From contig JACQNJ010000019.1 of NCBI GenBank assembly GCA_016203115.1, forward strand, positions 724 through 64,723: a stretch of DNA of 64,000 nt. The letters are read 5' to 3'. The notes beneath the pieces were generated by a model that was given only the letters and a program-made list of their open reading frames with translations, was not told the DNA's origin and searched no databases. The DNA comes from Candidatus Woesearchaeota archaeon (GTDB taxonomy: Archaea > Nanobdellota > Nanobdellia > SCGC-AAA011-G17 > GW2011-AR20). Shown here piece after piece: positions 18,489-27,916 of this stretch (positions are counted from its first letter, which is position 1; the number at the start of each line of letters is the position of its first letter). The position numbers were made by a program, and so were the translations under genes.

Positions 18489-19135
18489 TATTCCCCTATC
18501 TTTCTTTGCTTCTTGTTTTCTATTAAATTTTTGTAAGACGCCCAGCTTTTTCTGATTATATCTGGAAAGTCTTTATAGTGTTTTTTTAAGAATTCCTGAG
18601 TTTTAGGATCACTAGGGTACCCTGAACCAAAATCAATCTTAATTTTCTTTTTTATATTCTCTATTTCCTTATCTCTTTCAACTTTTGCCAAAATTGAAGC
18701 TGCACTGCAAATTTCAGCAATAAAATCCATTTTATGACCAACATGTAACTCTATATCACTTTTTAATTTCTTCTGTAAATAATTTTTATAAGCTTCGATA
18801 TTATTGCTAGGACAATCAATGTAAGCTTTATTTGGCTTCAATTCATTTAATATTTTTATAGTATTATCCGCTTCCAGCCAGTTTAAATTAGAGTTTTGTC
18901 CTTCAACAGCCCCGTCAATTTCCCTAGGGCTCAATTTTATTAATTTATACTTTACAATTTTCCTTAATTCTTTAGCTATACTCTCTCTTTGTAAAGGGCT
19001 TAATAATTTTGAATCTTTAACGCCAAGTTCTCTTAACTTATTAATTTCATTTTCTTTAATTAAAGCTCCTGCAATAACTAAAAATCCAATAACAGGTCCT
19101 CTCCCGGATTCATCCAGACCGCAAATATAAACCAT
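18485..19135 (-). CDS. rnhB: ribonuclease HII
   Basis: GLDESGRGPVIG, GVKDSK, SAASILAKV.RD, GSGYPSDP, C-terminal PIP-like QRKIGEY. Confidence 0.95.
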   Translation of the reverse strand: MVYICGLDESGRGPVIGFLVIAGALIKENEINKLRELGVKDSKLLSPLQRESIAKELRKIVKYKLIKLSPREIDGAVEGQNSNLNWLEADNTIKILNELKPNKAYIDCPSNNIEAYKNYLQKKLKSDIELHVGHKMDFIAEICSAASILAKVERDKEIENIKKKIKIDFGSGYPSDPKTQEFLKKHYKDFPDIIRKSWASYKNLIENKKQRKIGEY

Positions 19136-19159
19136 AATATCAATTATTAAAAGAAGTTT

Positions 19160-20095
19160 TTAAATTCTTCCAAATCTTTCAACTTCCTCAATTATCTTCT
19201 CTTTATCTTTAGCCTTCATTAGTCTTACTCTTAATTCTTTGCTCCCATTAAATCCTTTGCAAAAATTCAAGGCAGTGCATCTCAAATTAGAAACATTGGC
19301 AAAATCATATTTTTCACATAATTCAAAATATTCTAAAAATAATTTAACTTTATCTTCTTTAACTAAAATTTTCTTTTTTCCTGTCTTTAAATAATAATTA
19401 ATTTCATCAAAAATCATTGGATTATTCATAGCAGCCCTCGCAATCATCACATAATCGCATTTCGTATGTTCTAAAAGCTCTTTAGCCTTTTCTCCACTAA
19501 CAACATCCCCATTTCCAATAACAGGAATATTTACCTTTTCTTTAACCTGTTGGATAATATCCCAATCAGCTTTACCACTATACCCTTGTTCTCTTGTTCT
19601 TCCATGAATAGTAATAGCACTCGCACCCGCTTCCTCCATTATCTTAACTAATCCTAAAGCTTCAACTTTCTTGAATCCAGATCTCATCTTAACAGTAACA
19701 GGCTTTTCTAATCCATTAGATAAAGTCTCTATAATTTTCTTTACTCTGTCTTTTTCTCTCAACAAAGCACTTCCATATCCTTGTGTAACAATCTTTTTGC
19801 TTGGGCACCCAAAGTTCAAGTCTATAATATCAAAATTTTTCTCTAATTTTAAAGCAGCTTTTAACAAAATCTTAGAATTTCTTCCAAATAATTGCAATCC
19901 AACTAACTTTTCTTCATTTGACCTTTCTACCAATTTCAAAGTTCTTGGATTTTCTCTAATAATTCCCAAAGAGCTCAATTGCTCAGTATAAGTCAAAGCT
20001 GCTCCATATTTTTCACATAATAGTCTAAAAGGCAGTGTAGAAACATCAGCCATAGGCGCTAATACCAATTTACTCTTTAATTTAGGGAAATCCAT
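19160..20095 (-). CDS. dus: tRNA-dihydrouridine synthase
   Basis: LAPM, DLNFGCP, VKMRSG, HGRT, IGNGD. Confidence 0.93.
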   Translation of the reverse strand: MDFPKLKSKLVLAPMADVSTLPFRLLCEKYGAALTYTEQLSSLGIIRENPRTLKLVERSNEEKLVGLQLFGRNSKILLKAALKLEKNFDIIDLNFGCPSKKIVTQGYGSALLREKDRVKKIIETLSNGLEKPVTVKMRSGFKKVEALGLVKIMEEAGASAITIHGRTREQGYSGKADWDIIQQVKEKVNIPVIGNGDVVSGEKAKELLEHTKCDYVMIARAAMNNPMIFDEINYYLKTGKKKILVKEDKVKLFLEYFELCEKYDFANVSNLRCTALNFCKGFNGSKELRVRLMKAKDKEKIIEEVERFGRI

Positions 20096-20145
20096 AAGAT
20101 AAAGCCCATAGGAACAAATTTAAACATTTCCTAATAATTAAAAAT

Positions 20146-20841
20146 ATGCTATATCTAAAAGATTCTTACAAAAAAGAATTTGAGGCAATTGTAAAAGAAG
20201 TTAATGCAAATAAAATAGTTCTAAACGAAACATATTTTTATGCCTCTGGAGGCGGCCAGCCTTCAGATAAAGGGATTATAATTTTCAACAATCAAGAATT
20301 CAAGGTCATAAATGTCAAAAAAGAAAACGGGAAAATAATTCATGAGCTGGATAAAGAAGGTCTTAAAGTAAATGATAAAATAAGATGCATGATAGACTGG
20401 AACAAAAGGTATAAGCTTATGAGAATGCACACAGCAGCCCATATTCTGAGTGCAATAATACACAGAGAGACAAATGCAATGATAACAGGCAATCAGTTAG
20501 ATGAAGAAAGAACAAGACTAGATTTTTCTGTAGAAGATTTCAAAAAAGAACTCTTTGAAAAGTTTATAGAAGAAGCAAATGAAGAAATAAAAAAAGACCA
20601 TAAAATCACAATAAAGACAATCTCAAAAGAAGAAGCTGAAAAAATGGAAAATTTGTCAAGATTAGCCAAAGGTCTTCCTCCAAATTTAAAAGAGATAAGG
20701 ATAGTAAAAATAGGCTCAATAGATGAACAAGCAGACGGTGGAACTCATGTTAATTCAACAAAAGAAATAGGAAAAATAAAACTTCTTTCAATAGAGAATA
20801 AAGGAAAGAATAATAGGAGAATGTATTTTAGTTTAGAATAA
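20146..20841 (+). CDS. alaXM: AlaX-M trans-editing alanyl-tRNA deacylase
   Basis: GGGQPSD, MRMHTAAH, DGGTHV. Confidence 0.9.
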   Translation: MLYLKDSYKKEFEAIVKEVNANKIVLNETYFYASGGGQPSDKGIIIFNNQEFKVINVKKENGKIIHELDKEGLKVNDKIRCMIDWNKRYKLMRMHTAAHILSAIIHRETNAMITGNQLDEERTRLDFSVEDFKKELFEKFIEEANEEIKKDHKITIKTISKEEAEKMENLSRLAKGLPPNLKEIRIVKIGSIDEQADGGTHVNSTKEIGKIKLLSIENKGKNNRRMYFSLE

Positions 20842-20877
20842 AAACCTTAATATACCTATCCTAATTAATAAATTTTA

Positions 20878-21384
20878 ATGAAAAAGAATATATACAAAGA
20901 GCAGAGAATAGGTGTTTTCATCGACATTCAAAATCTCTATTATTCTTCAAAGCATTTATACAAGAAAAAAGTCAACTTTAAAGCAGTCCTAGATGAAGCA
21001 GTGAATAGCAGAACATTAGTAAGAGCAATAGCATATGTAGTAAGGGCAGATGAATTAAAAGAAAACACTTTTTTTGAGGCATTAAAAAATATAGGTTTCG
21101 ATATCCAGGAAAAAGAGCTTCAAATCTTCGCAGGCGGCATGAAAAAAGGTGACTGGGATGTTGGAATCGCAGTTGACACTATCAAAATGGCCCAAAAATT
21201 AGACGTTGTAGTTTTAGTCTCAGGAGATGGAGACTACGCTCCTCTGGTGGAATATCTAAAAAATGCCCAAGGTTGCAGGGTAGAGGTAATAGCTTTTGGA
21301 AGGTCAACATCATCAAAGTTAAAAGAAGTAGCAGACGAGTTCATAGATCTAGATTCTAATAAAAAATTCTTAATGTCTTCCTAA
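20878..21384 (+). CDS. NYN/LabA-family PIN-fold protein
   Basis: FIDIQN, KGDWDV..AVD, SGDGDY, ADEFIDL. Confidence 0.9.
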   Translation: MKKNIYKEQRIGVFIDIQNLYYSSKHLYKKKVNFKAVLDEAVNSRTLVRAIAYVVRADELKENTFFEALKNIGFDIQEKELQIFAGGMKKGDWDVGIAVDTIKMAQKLDVVVLVSGDGDYAPLVEYLKNAQGCRVEVIAFGRSTSSKLKEVADEFIDLDSNKKFLMSS

Positions 21385-21424
21385 CCAGAACCCTTTTAAA
21401 TATTATTGAACTTAATTTTTATAG

Positions 21425-21510
21425 GGGCCGGTAGTTTAGTGGCTATAACGACGCCCTTACAATTTAGATGAGAAAGGCGTAGGTCGCATGTTCGAATCAT
21501 GCCCGGCCCA
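21425..21510 (+). tRNA. tRNA-Val(TAC) with 13-nt intron at 37/38 (21462-21474)
   Basis: GGGCCGG/CCGGCCC, ACGCC/GGCGT, CT-TAC-A, T arm GCATG-TTCGAAT-CATGC; CTTA pairs with intron TGAG. Confidence 0.92.
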
Positions 21511-21559
21511 ATAAAGTTCTAAGAAACGTTTTTATACTATAGAATTTTTCAATAAAAAG

Positions 21560-22243
21560 ATGAAAAAAGCCTTGAAAACAGAAAGCAAAAAGAAAACAAA
21601 AAGATTTCTAAAGTTACCTAGTGCCCCAAGGCCAATAAAAATACCAATAGCACCTTCCCCACATAGGAAAAAAATACCAGAGAGATTAAGAGTAAAGGTT
21701 CCTAAAACTAAACATACTCCAACATTTCATAAGACAAAAAGCGTCCAAATACACAAAAAATTACTAAAAAGAACACCTAAAAAAAGAAAGCACATATCAA
21801 TCCCAAGTCCATTTGAAGTGATAATGCAAAAACCTCATGGAAAAGAAGGATTTTTTTCAAGATTAAAGTCATTTGAAAACAAAGAAGCAAGAAAGGTTAA
21901 TGTTTTAGCAAAAGAAGTAGAAAAACAATTAGAAGAAGATAAAAAAGAAATAATAAATTCTATTAAACAAAATGTAAAAGAACTAAGCACATCCGTGAAA
22001 GGGATAAAACATAAAGAAAAAATACAAACATTTACTAAAAAAGGGAGAGCTCCTATATTAATAAAACCAAGCTCTGTTTACGAAGTGCATATAATAGAAG
22101 ATCTTCCAGATCCTTATCAAATAGAGATTTCTAGAGCAGCAAGAAGGAATAAAGTATTAAAAAGATTGATAGCTGAAGAAGAAAGAATAAAGAAAAAAAT
22201 GTCCCAATTAGAGGACACAGAACTAGTTTATTATCGAATGTAA
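21560..22243 (+). CDS. Lys/Pro-rich basic hypothetical protein with coiled-coil
   Basis: 227 aa ORF, low-complexity N-terminal half. Confidence 0.6.
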   Translation: MKKALKTESKKKTKRFLKLPSAPRPIKIPIAPSPHRKKIPERLRVKVPKTKHTPTFHKTKSVQIHKKLLKRTPKKRKHISIPSPFEVIMQKPHGKEGFFSRLKSFENKEARKVNVLAKEVEKQLEEDKKEIINSIKQNVKELSTSVKGIKHKEKIQTFTKKGRAPILIKPSSVYEVHIIEDLPDPYQIEISRAARRNKVLKRLIAEEERIKKKMSQLEDTELVYYRM

Positions 22244-22257
22244 AAAGAGGTGATAAT

Positions 22258-23721
22258 TTGAAAGCCTATAAGAACTTTATAGGGGGTAGATGGATTAGTT
22301 CTAATTCAAAAGAGACCTTTGACAGTTTAGATCCTGCAACAGAAGTCTCAATAGGCAAGTTTCAGGATTCTAATGGGTTAGATGTAGAATTAGCTGTAGA
22401 AGCAGCAGAAAAATCATTTCAAGAATGGTCTGATTTTCCTGCTCCAAAAAGAGCAGAATTTCTTTTTAGAATAAGGGATCTTTTAATAGAAAACAAAGAA
22501 AGACTAGCAAGATTAGAAGTAAAAGAAATGGGCAAAGTCTACAAGGAAGCCTTAGGTGATGTCCAGGAAGCAATAGATATCTTTGAGTATATGGCTGGAG
22601 AAGGCAGGAGGTTATTTGGTTTCACAACACCATCTGAATTAAAAAACAAGTTTTGTGCAACAATAAGAAGACCAATAGGCATAGTAGCTCTAATTACTCC
22701 CTGGAATTTTCCAATAGCAATACCCTCATGGAAATTAGCTCCTGCATTAATATGCGGCAATTCTGTTATTTTGAAGCCTTCCTCAGACACTCCCTTATGT
22801 GCAATTGAATTAGTAAAAATACTGAATGAAGCAGGAATTCCTAAAGGAGTGGTTAATTTAATTACAGGCTCTGGCAACACAGTAGGCACTTCTTTAGTCA
22901 CTCACCAAAAAATTCATGCTGTTTCCTTCACAGGCTCAGTAGAAACAGGTAAGTTTATCACAAAAAATGCAGGATTAAAAAAAATTGGGCTAGAATTAGG
23001 TGGAAAAAATGCAATAATCATCATGGAAGACGCAAATTTGGAGCTGGCCTTAGAGGGAGTTTTATGGGGAGCATTTGGCACCACAGGTCAAAGATGCACA
23101 GCAGCCTCAAGAATTATCATTCATGAAACGGTTGCAAAAAAGTTTGAAAATATGTTAATAAATTCAACAAAGAAATTAAGACTAGGCTCAGGATTATCAA
23201 AAACAACAGACATCGGTCCATTAATAAATAGAAAAGCAGTTGAAAAATCAGATTATTATACTAACCTTGGATTAAAAGAAGGAGCTAAACTGTTAATAGG
23301 AGGAAAGCCACTCTCATCAAAAGGGTTCTTCTATCAGCCAACTATTTTCACAAACGTAAATCACAATATGAGGATTGCACAAGAGGAGATATTTGGTCCT
23401 GTTTTATCAATAATAAAAATAAAAAATATAGATGAAGCAATTGAAGTGTGTAATAATATAAAACAAGGTTTATCCTCTTCAATTTACACAGAAAACATGC
23501 AATATGCATTTAAAGCTATTAACAAAATAGATTCAGGAATAACATATATAAATTCCTCAACAATAGGGGCTGAAGTTCATTTACCATTCGGAGGAGTTAA
23601 AGAGACTGGAAACGGCACAAGAGAAGCAGGATGGACAGGAATAGAAGAGTTTAGTGAAATTAAAACGATATATCTTGATTACAGTGATAAATTACAAAAA
23701 GCACAAGGGATCACAGACTAA
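22258..23721 (+). CDS. NAD(P)-dependent aldehyde dehydrogenase
   Basis: TPWNFP, FTGS, LELGGKN, GQRCTA, EEIFGP, PFGG; TTG start with GAGGTGA RBS. Confidence 0.95.
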   Translation: MKAYKNFIGGRWISSNSKETFDSLDPATEVSIGKFQDSNGLDVELAVEAAEKSFQEWSDFPAPKRAEFLFRIRDLLIENKERLARLEVKEMGKVYKEALGDVQEAIDIFEYMAGEGRRLFGFTTPSELKNKFCATIRRPIGIVALITPWNFPIAIPSWKLAPALICGNSVILKPSSDTPLCAIELVKILNEAGIPKGVVNLITGSGNTVGTSLVTHQKIHAVSFTGSVETGKFITKNAGLKKIGLELGGKNAIIIMEDANLELALEGVLWGAFGTTGQRCTAASRIIIHETVAKKFENMLINSTKKLRLGSGLSKTTDIGPLINRKAVEKSDYYTNLGLKEGAKLLIGGKPLSSKGFFYQPTIFTNVNHNMRIAQEEIFGPVLSIIKIKNIDEAIEVCNNIKQGLSSSIYTENMQYAFKAINKIDSGITYINSSTIGAEVHLPFGGVKETGNGTREAGWTGIEEFSEIKTIYLDYSDKLQKAQGITD

Positions 23722-23725
23722 ATCT

Positions 23726-24427
23726 TTATTTTTCTAGTCCAAAGGTAATCGTTTGTATCTTATCATGATCTATATATCCAATAAATCTCAAAGTATGATC
23801 ACTAGATACAGAACCAAAATGATGAAACGTTCTTCTAACTATATTTTCCCTGATTTCATCCAAACGTATTCCGAGAGAGGAGTCATAAGATGCTCCAACA
23901 ACTTCTCCTGTGATATTATAATGATCACTTCTACCAGGCCTATGAATATCAACAAGATTACATTCCATATGGGCTAAACACTCTGCAATTAAAGGGGGAT
24001 AAGCATCATTTAGTGAAAGTACGAATGGGTCTAATCTTCTTAAGCTAGACTTCTCTATTTTATCTTCCAATTTTGACCTTCTATACGGAAAGGCCACGAT
24101 ATCTAAAATGCTCAATAAATCTCTACCTGGAACATTAACAATAAACATGCCATTTTGTTTTATATTTAGATAAGTATTCATTTTATAATTACCTTGATGC
24201 TTAGAATTAATTCCATGCTGTCTTAAAGATGCAGAAAAGGTGATATAAGGGGGTTCATAACTCGTATCTAAACAAGTAGCAAAGGGAGCAATATTTGGTA
24301 TTGATCTGCCATTAACTCTTCCTACCGTTGTTATAAACTCAACCGGATGTGTCGTTAACAAATATCTAGTCCAAGTAGAACAAACTTGTACTTTCCTATA
24401 TCTCGGGTCTCCATATATTAATTTCAT
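23726..24427 (-). CDS. flavin reductase-like FMN-binding protein
   Basis: NIAPF, T..NI...G.F.VNVP, PPLIAEC.A.MEC, H..ITGEV. Confidence 0.8.
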   Translation of the reverse strand: MKLIYGDPRYRKVQVCSTWTRYLLTTHPVEFITTVGRVNGRSIPNIAPFATCLDTSYEPPYITFSASLRQHGINSKHQGNYKMNTYLNIKQNGMFIVNVPGRDLLSILDIVAFPYRRSKLEDKIEKSSLRRLDPFVLSLNDAYPPLIAECLAHMECNLVDIHRPGRSDHYNITGEVVGASYDSSLGIRLDEIRENIVRRTFHHFGSVSSDHTLRFIGYIDHDKIQTITFGLEK

Positions 24428-24459
24428 AGTAATTAAAATTTTATTAGACTTTAAAATCT

Positions 24460-24482
24460 TTGTTGTAAATAATTTACGACAA
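24460..24482. promoter_or_regulatory. palindromic operator between flavin reductase and TrmB genes
   Basis: TTGTTGTAAAT-A-ATTTACGACAA (10/11 inverted match). Confidence 0.65.
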
Positions 24483-24519
24483 TAAATAAATTTAAAAAGA
24501 CAAAAAATAACAGAAAGCT

Positions 24520-25260
24520 ATGGAATTAACGGACTCATTAAAAGAATTCGGGTTGTCAGAAAAAGAATCCAAAACCTATCTAACTTTGCTAGAGCTAGGA
24601 GAATCAACTGCTACAGACATCTCTATAAAAAGCAAACTCCCAAGAACATTAGTTTATGACCTACTAGAAAAGTTAATCAGTTTAGGTTTAGTTTCTTATA
24701 CTGTAAAAAATAACAAAAAATACTTTCTAGCTTCAGATCCAAAAGAATTAATCAGGATTTTGAAAGAAAAAGAAGAAAAAATCCAAGAAATTTTACCAGA
24801 ATTAGAATCTATTCAGAAAATTAGAGGATCAAAAAGACCAAAAGTCGAAATATATGAAGGCAAAGAAGGTATGAAAACAATGATGAACAATATTCTTAAT
24901 TCAAAAATCAAGGAATTCTTGGCATATGGTAGCTCTAGATCATCCTACGAAATAATTCCTGCATTTATGGAGCATTGGCATAAAAAAAGAATAAAAGAAA
25001 AAGTTGTTATGAAAGTCATTTACAACGACACAAAAGAAGCAAGAGAAAAAGTTAAGAAGTTCAAAAGTTCATTAAGACTAGTATATTACAAATTTATGCC
25101 AATCCAATTAGAGTCACCAACAGCGATATTAATCTACTCAAATAAGGTGATATTACAATCTTGGACAAAAGAGCCGTTTGCAGTTATGATAAAAAATGAG
25201 CAAACAGCAGAAAATCAAAAAAAGTATTTTGGGGAGCTATGGAAAATAGCAAAGAAATAA
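24520..25260 (+). CDS. TrmB-family transcriptional regulator
   Basis: GLSEKE.K.YL.LL..G..TA.DIS....LPRT.VYD.L..L...GLV HTH; YEGKEG.K; F..LWK. Confidence 0.9.
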   Translation: MELTDSLKEFGLSEKESKTYLTLLELGESTATDISIKSKLPRTLVYDLLEKLISLGLVSYTVKNNKKYFLASDPKELIRILKEKEEKIQEILPELESIQKIRGSKRPKVEIYEGKEGMKTMMNNILNSKIKEFLAYGSSRSSYEIIPAFMEHWHKKRIKEKVVMKVIYNDTKEAREKVKKFKSSLRLVYYKFMPIQLESPTAILIYSNKVILQSWTKEPFAVMIKNEQTAENQKKYFGELWKIAKK

Positions 25261-25292
25261 ATATATGAAAACAATACAAGGGGTTGATTGAA

Positions 25293-25403
25293 ATGTCAGA
25301 CGAACCAAGTTATGGAAAAAGAAAATCAAAAAGTGATAAAAAAGCAAAAAGAAGATTCAGAGTATATAAAAAAGGCGGAAAAGAAAGGACAATGAATATC
25401 TAA
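25293..25403 (+). CDS. 36-aa basic small protein (not in ORF track)
   Basis: MSDEPSYGKRKSKSDKKAKRRFRVYKKGGKERTMNI; GGGGTTGA RBS; TAATG overlap with next gene. Confidence 0.6.
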   Translation: MSDEPSYGKRKSKSDKKAKRRFRVYKKGGKERTMNI

Positions 25404-26704
25404 TGGTAAAGTTCATTTGCAAAAAGCCGGGAAAGAAATCAATAGCAATTTTAAAAAAAGATGAAAAAGTAGTCTCTCCTTCTTATGCAAGAGAATATTC
25501 TTTTGTTTTCAAAAAAGGCAAGGGAAATTATGTCTATGACGTAGATAACAGAAAATATTTAGATTTTGCAGCAGGAATAGCAGTAAATAGTGTAGGTCAT
25601 GCAAATCCTGAAGTAATTAAAGCTGTAAAAAAACAGCTACCCTCTGGATTACATGCTGCATTCGGAGATTTCTACGCAGAACTTCCAGTTGTATTCATAG
25701 AGCATTTATTAAAAATTGTTCCAAGAAATTTCCAAAAAGCTTTTCTATCAAATTCAGGAACAGAATCTATAGAAGCAGCATACAAATTGGCAAGATGGCA
25801 TACAAAGAAAAAATATGTTATTGCATTCAACAATTGTTTCCATGGCCGGACGATGGGAAGTTTATCAATGACAAATTCTAAGCCTGTTCAAAGAGAAAGA
25901 TTTTCTCCCTTTCTTCCTGTTAAACATGTCCCTTATCCCTATGTCTATAGAATGCCTTTCAAGAATGAAAATGATTGCACTAACTTTTGTTTAGATAAAA
26001 TAGAAAAAGCAATAAAATCAGTAAAAGGAGACGTAGCTGCCATTTTCATGGAGCCAATTCAGGGAGAAGGAGGTTATATTGTTCCTCCAAAAGATTTTCC
26101 AAAAGAGGTAAGAAAAATCTGCAACAAAAGAAACATTCTATTTTGCGATGATGAAGTCCAAGCTGGTTGTTACAGAACTGGAAAATTCCTAGCTATTGAA
26201 AATTTCAACACTTTGCCAGATATTGTCTCATTAAGCAAAGCCATTGGTGGAGGAATTCCATTAGGCGCAACTTTAGCCTCTTCAAAAATTATGAACTGGA
26301 CACCCGGAAGTCACAGTAACACTTTTGGCGGAAATTTAGTAGCATGTGCAGCAGGAATAGCTACTTTAGATTACATGAAAAAACATAATTTAGGAAAAAA
26401 TGCAACAAAAGTTGGAAAATACATTTTAAAAAGGTTAAATGAAATAAAAGAAGAATATGAATTAGTAGGAGATGTAAGAGGCCTGGGCTTAATGATAGGG
26501 ATTGAATTAGTCAAAAATAAAAAAAATAAAATTCCTGCAGTAAAAGAAAGAAGTTCAATACTATGCAAATCCCAGGAAAAAGGATTAATACTATTACCAG
26601 CTGGAATCTCAACAATAAGGATATGCCCTCCTTTAACAATCACCTTAAAAGAAGCAGAGCAAGGCTTAAATATATTAGAAGACTCTCTAAAAGAGGTGAG
26701 TTAA
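25403..26704 (+). CDS. class III PLP aminotransferase (ornithine/4-aminobutyrate type)
   Basis: YLDFAAG, NSGTE, FHGRT, EPIQGEGG, DEVQ.G, SKAIGGG, TFGGN. Confidence 0.92.
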   Translation: MVKFICKKPGKKSIAILKKDEKVVSPSYAREYSFVFKKGKGNYVYDVDNRKYLDFAAGIAVNSVGHANPEVIKAVKKQLPSGLHAAFGDFYAELPVVFIEHLLKIVPRNFQKAFLSNSGTESIEAAYKLARWHTKKKYVIAFNNCFHGRTMGSLSMTNSKPVQRERFSPFLPVKHVPYPYVYRMPFKNENDCTNFCLDKIEKAIKSVKGDVAAIFMEPIQGEGGYIVPPKDFPKEVRKICNKRNILFCDDEVQAGCYRTGKFLAIENFNTLPDIVSLSKAIGGGIPLGATLASSKIMNWTPGSHSNTFGGNLVACAAGIATLDYMKKHNLGKNATKVGKYILKRLNEIKEEYELVGDVRGLGLMIGIELVKNKKNKIPAVKERSSILCKSQEKGLILLPAGISTIRICPPLTITLKEAEQGLNILEDSLKEVS

Positions 26705-26705
26705 A

Positions 26706-27725
26706 ATAGAAGTTCTAAAAAGATTGGTGAATGCAAACGGCCCGAGTGGAAATGAAAGCGCAGTAAGAAAAATAATTCAGGAAGAAATAGAGCCTTATGT
26801 CGATGAAGTAAGAGTAAACAAGCTTGGTAATTTAATAGCAAGAAAAAAAGGAAAAGGAAGCAAAGTTATGCTTGCCGCCCACATGGATGAGATTGCCTTA
26901 ATGGTAAAAAGAATTGATGATACTGGGTTTATAAGGTTTACAACAATAGGTGGTGTGGAAGCCCTTACTCTGCTAGGGCAGGTAGTAAAAATTCTAGATA
27001 TAAAAGGAAAGCCGATATGCACAGGAGTAGTTTCCTACGGAGAGCTTCACGAAGGTTCTGAAATAAAAGAGATTCCAAAATTAGATTATTTATATATTGA
27101 CACAGGCATCACAAAAAAAGAATTAATAAAAAAAGGGGTAGGCACAGGCACTTATATTGTTCCAACTCAGCATTTTGAAATATTAGGAAGTAAAGATATT
27201 ATCACAGGAAAAGCTCTGGATGATAGAATTGGATGTTATATCTTAATAGAGCTTGCAAAATGCTTAAAAAAAACAGATCTAGACATCTACTTTGTTTTTA
27301 GTGTGCAAGAAGAAATAGGTTTGTATGGGGCTAAAACATCAGTATTTGAGATAAACCCAAATTGGGGTATAGCAATAGATGTAACAGTCGCAACAGACTC
27401 AGATTTAAAAGGAAATACCTCAAGAATCATGGGGGCAGGTCCATTTTTAACAGTAAAAGATGCTGAAATAATCGCAAGCCCTATGCTTGACGAGCACATA
27501 AAAAAAATAGCTAAAAAGAACAAGATTCCATTAAATTTAGAAATAGCTGAATTTGGAACAAGTGATGCGACAAATATGATGCTTCATGGTGGTGGTGTTC
27601 CTTCTACTATAGTGGGTGTCGCAATAAGGAACATACATACAACAGTAGGAGTAGCAAGTTTAAGAGATATTAAAAGTTGTATTAAACTATTACAGCTAGT
27701 GTTAAAAAATCCGCCAAATCTTTGA
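26706..27725 (+). CDS. M42 (TET) aminopeptidase; probable ATA start at 26706
   Basis: GPSGNE, AHMDEI, KALDDRIG, QEEIG, GTSDA, IHT; GAGGTGA RBS 6 nt before ATA GAA GTT CTA AAA AGA TTG. Confidence 0.9.
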   Translation: MEVLKRLVNANGPSGNESAVRKIIQEEIEPYVDEVRVNKLGNLIARKKGKGSKVMLAAHMDEIALMVKRIDDTGFIRFTTIGGVEALTLLGQVVKILDIKGKPICTGVVSYGELHEGSEIKEIPKLDYLYIDTGITKKELIKKGVGTGTYIVPTQHFEILGSKDIITGKALDDRIGCYILIELAKCLKKTDLDIYFVFSVQEEIGLYGAKTSVFEINPNWGIAIDVTVATDSDLKGNTSRIMGAGPFLTVKDAEIIASPMLDEHIKKIAKKNKIPLNLEIAEFGTSDATNMMLHGGGVPSTIVGVAIRNIHTTVGVASLRDIKSCIKLLQLVLKNPPNL

Positions 27726-27763
27726 TTCCAAAATCTTATAAATTCTATACTTTGTAAATAAAT

Positions 27764-27876
27764 GGGCTTGTAGTTTAATCTGGATAGAATAATCGGCTTC
27801 GGAAAGAAGGAGCAATGAGATGAGCAAATCTTCTTGTGGATACCGATTGATTGGGGTTCAAATCCTCACAGGCCCG
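27764..27876 (+). tRNA. tRNA-Arg(TCG) with 39-nt intron at 37/38 (27803-27841)
   Basis: GGGCTTG/CAGGCCC, ATCGG/CCGAT, CT-TCG-G, TGGGG-TTCAAAT-CCTCA; intron stem AAGAAGG/TCTTCTT. Confidence 0.9.
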
Positions 27877-27916
27877 ACATAAAAACCTTTAAATAAAATA
27901 CGTAATAATAGAGCAT

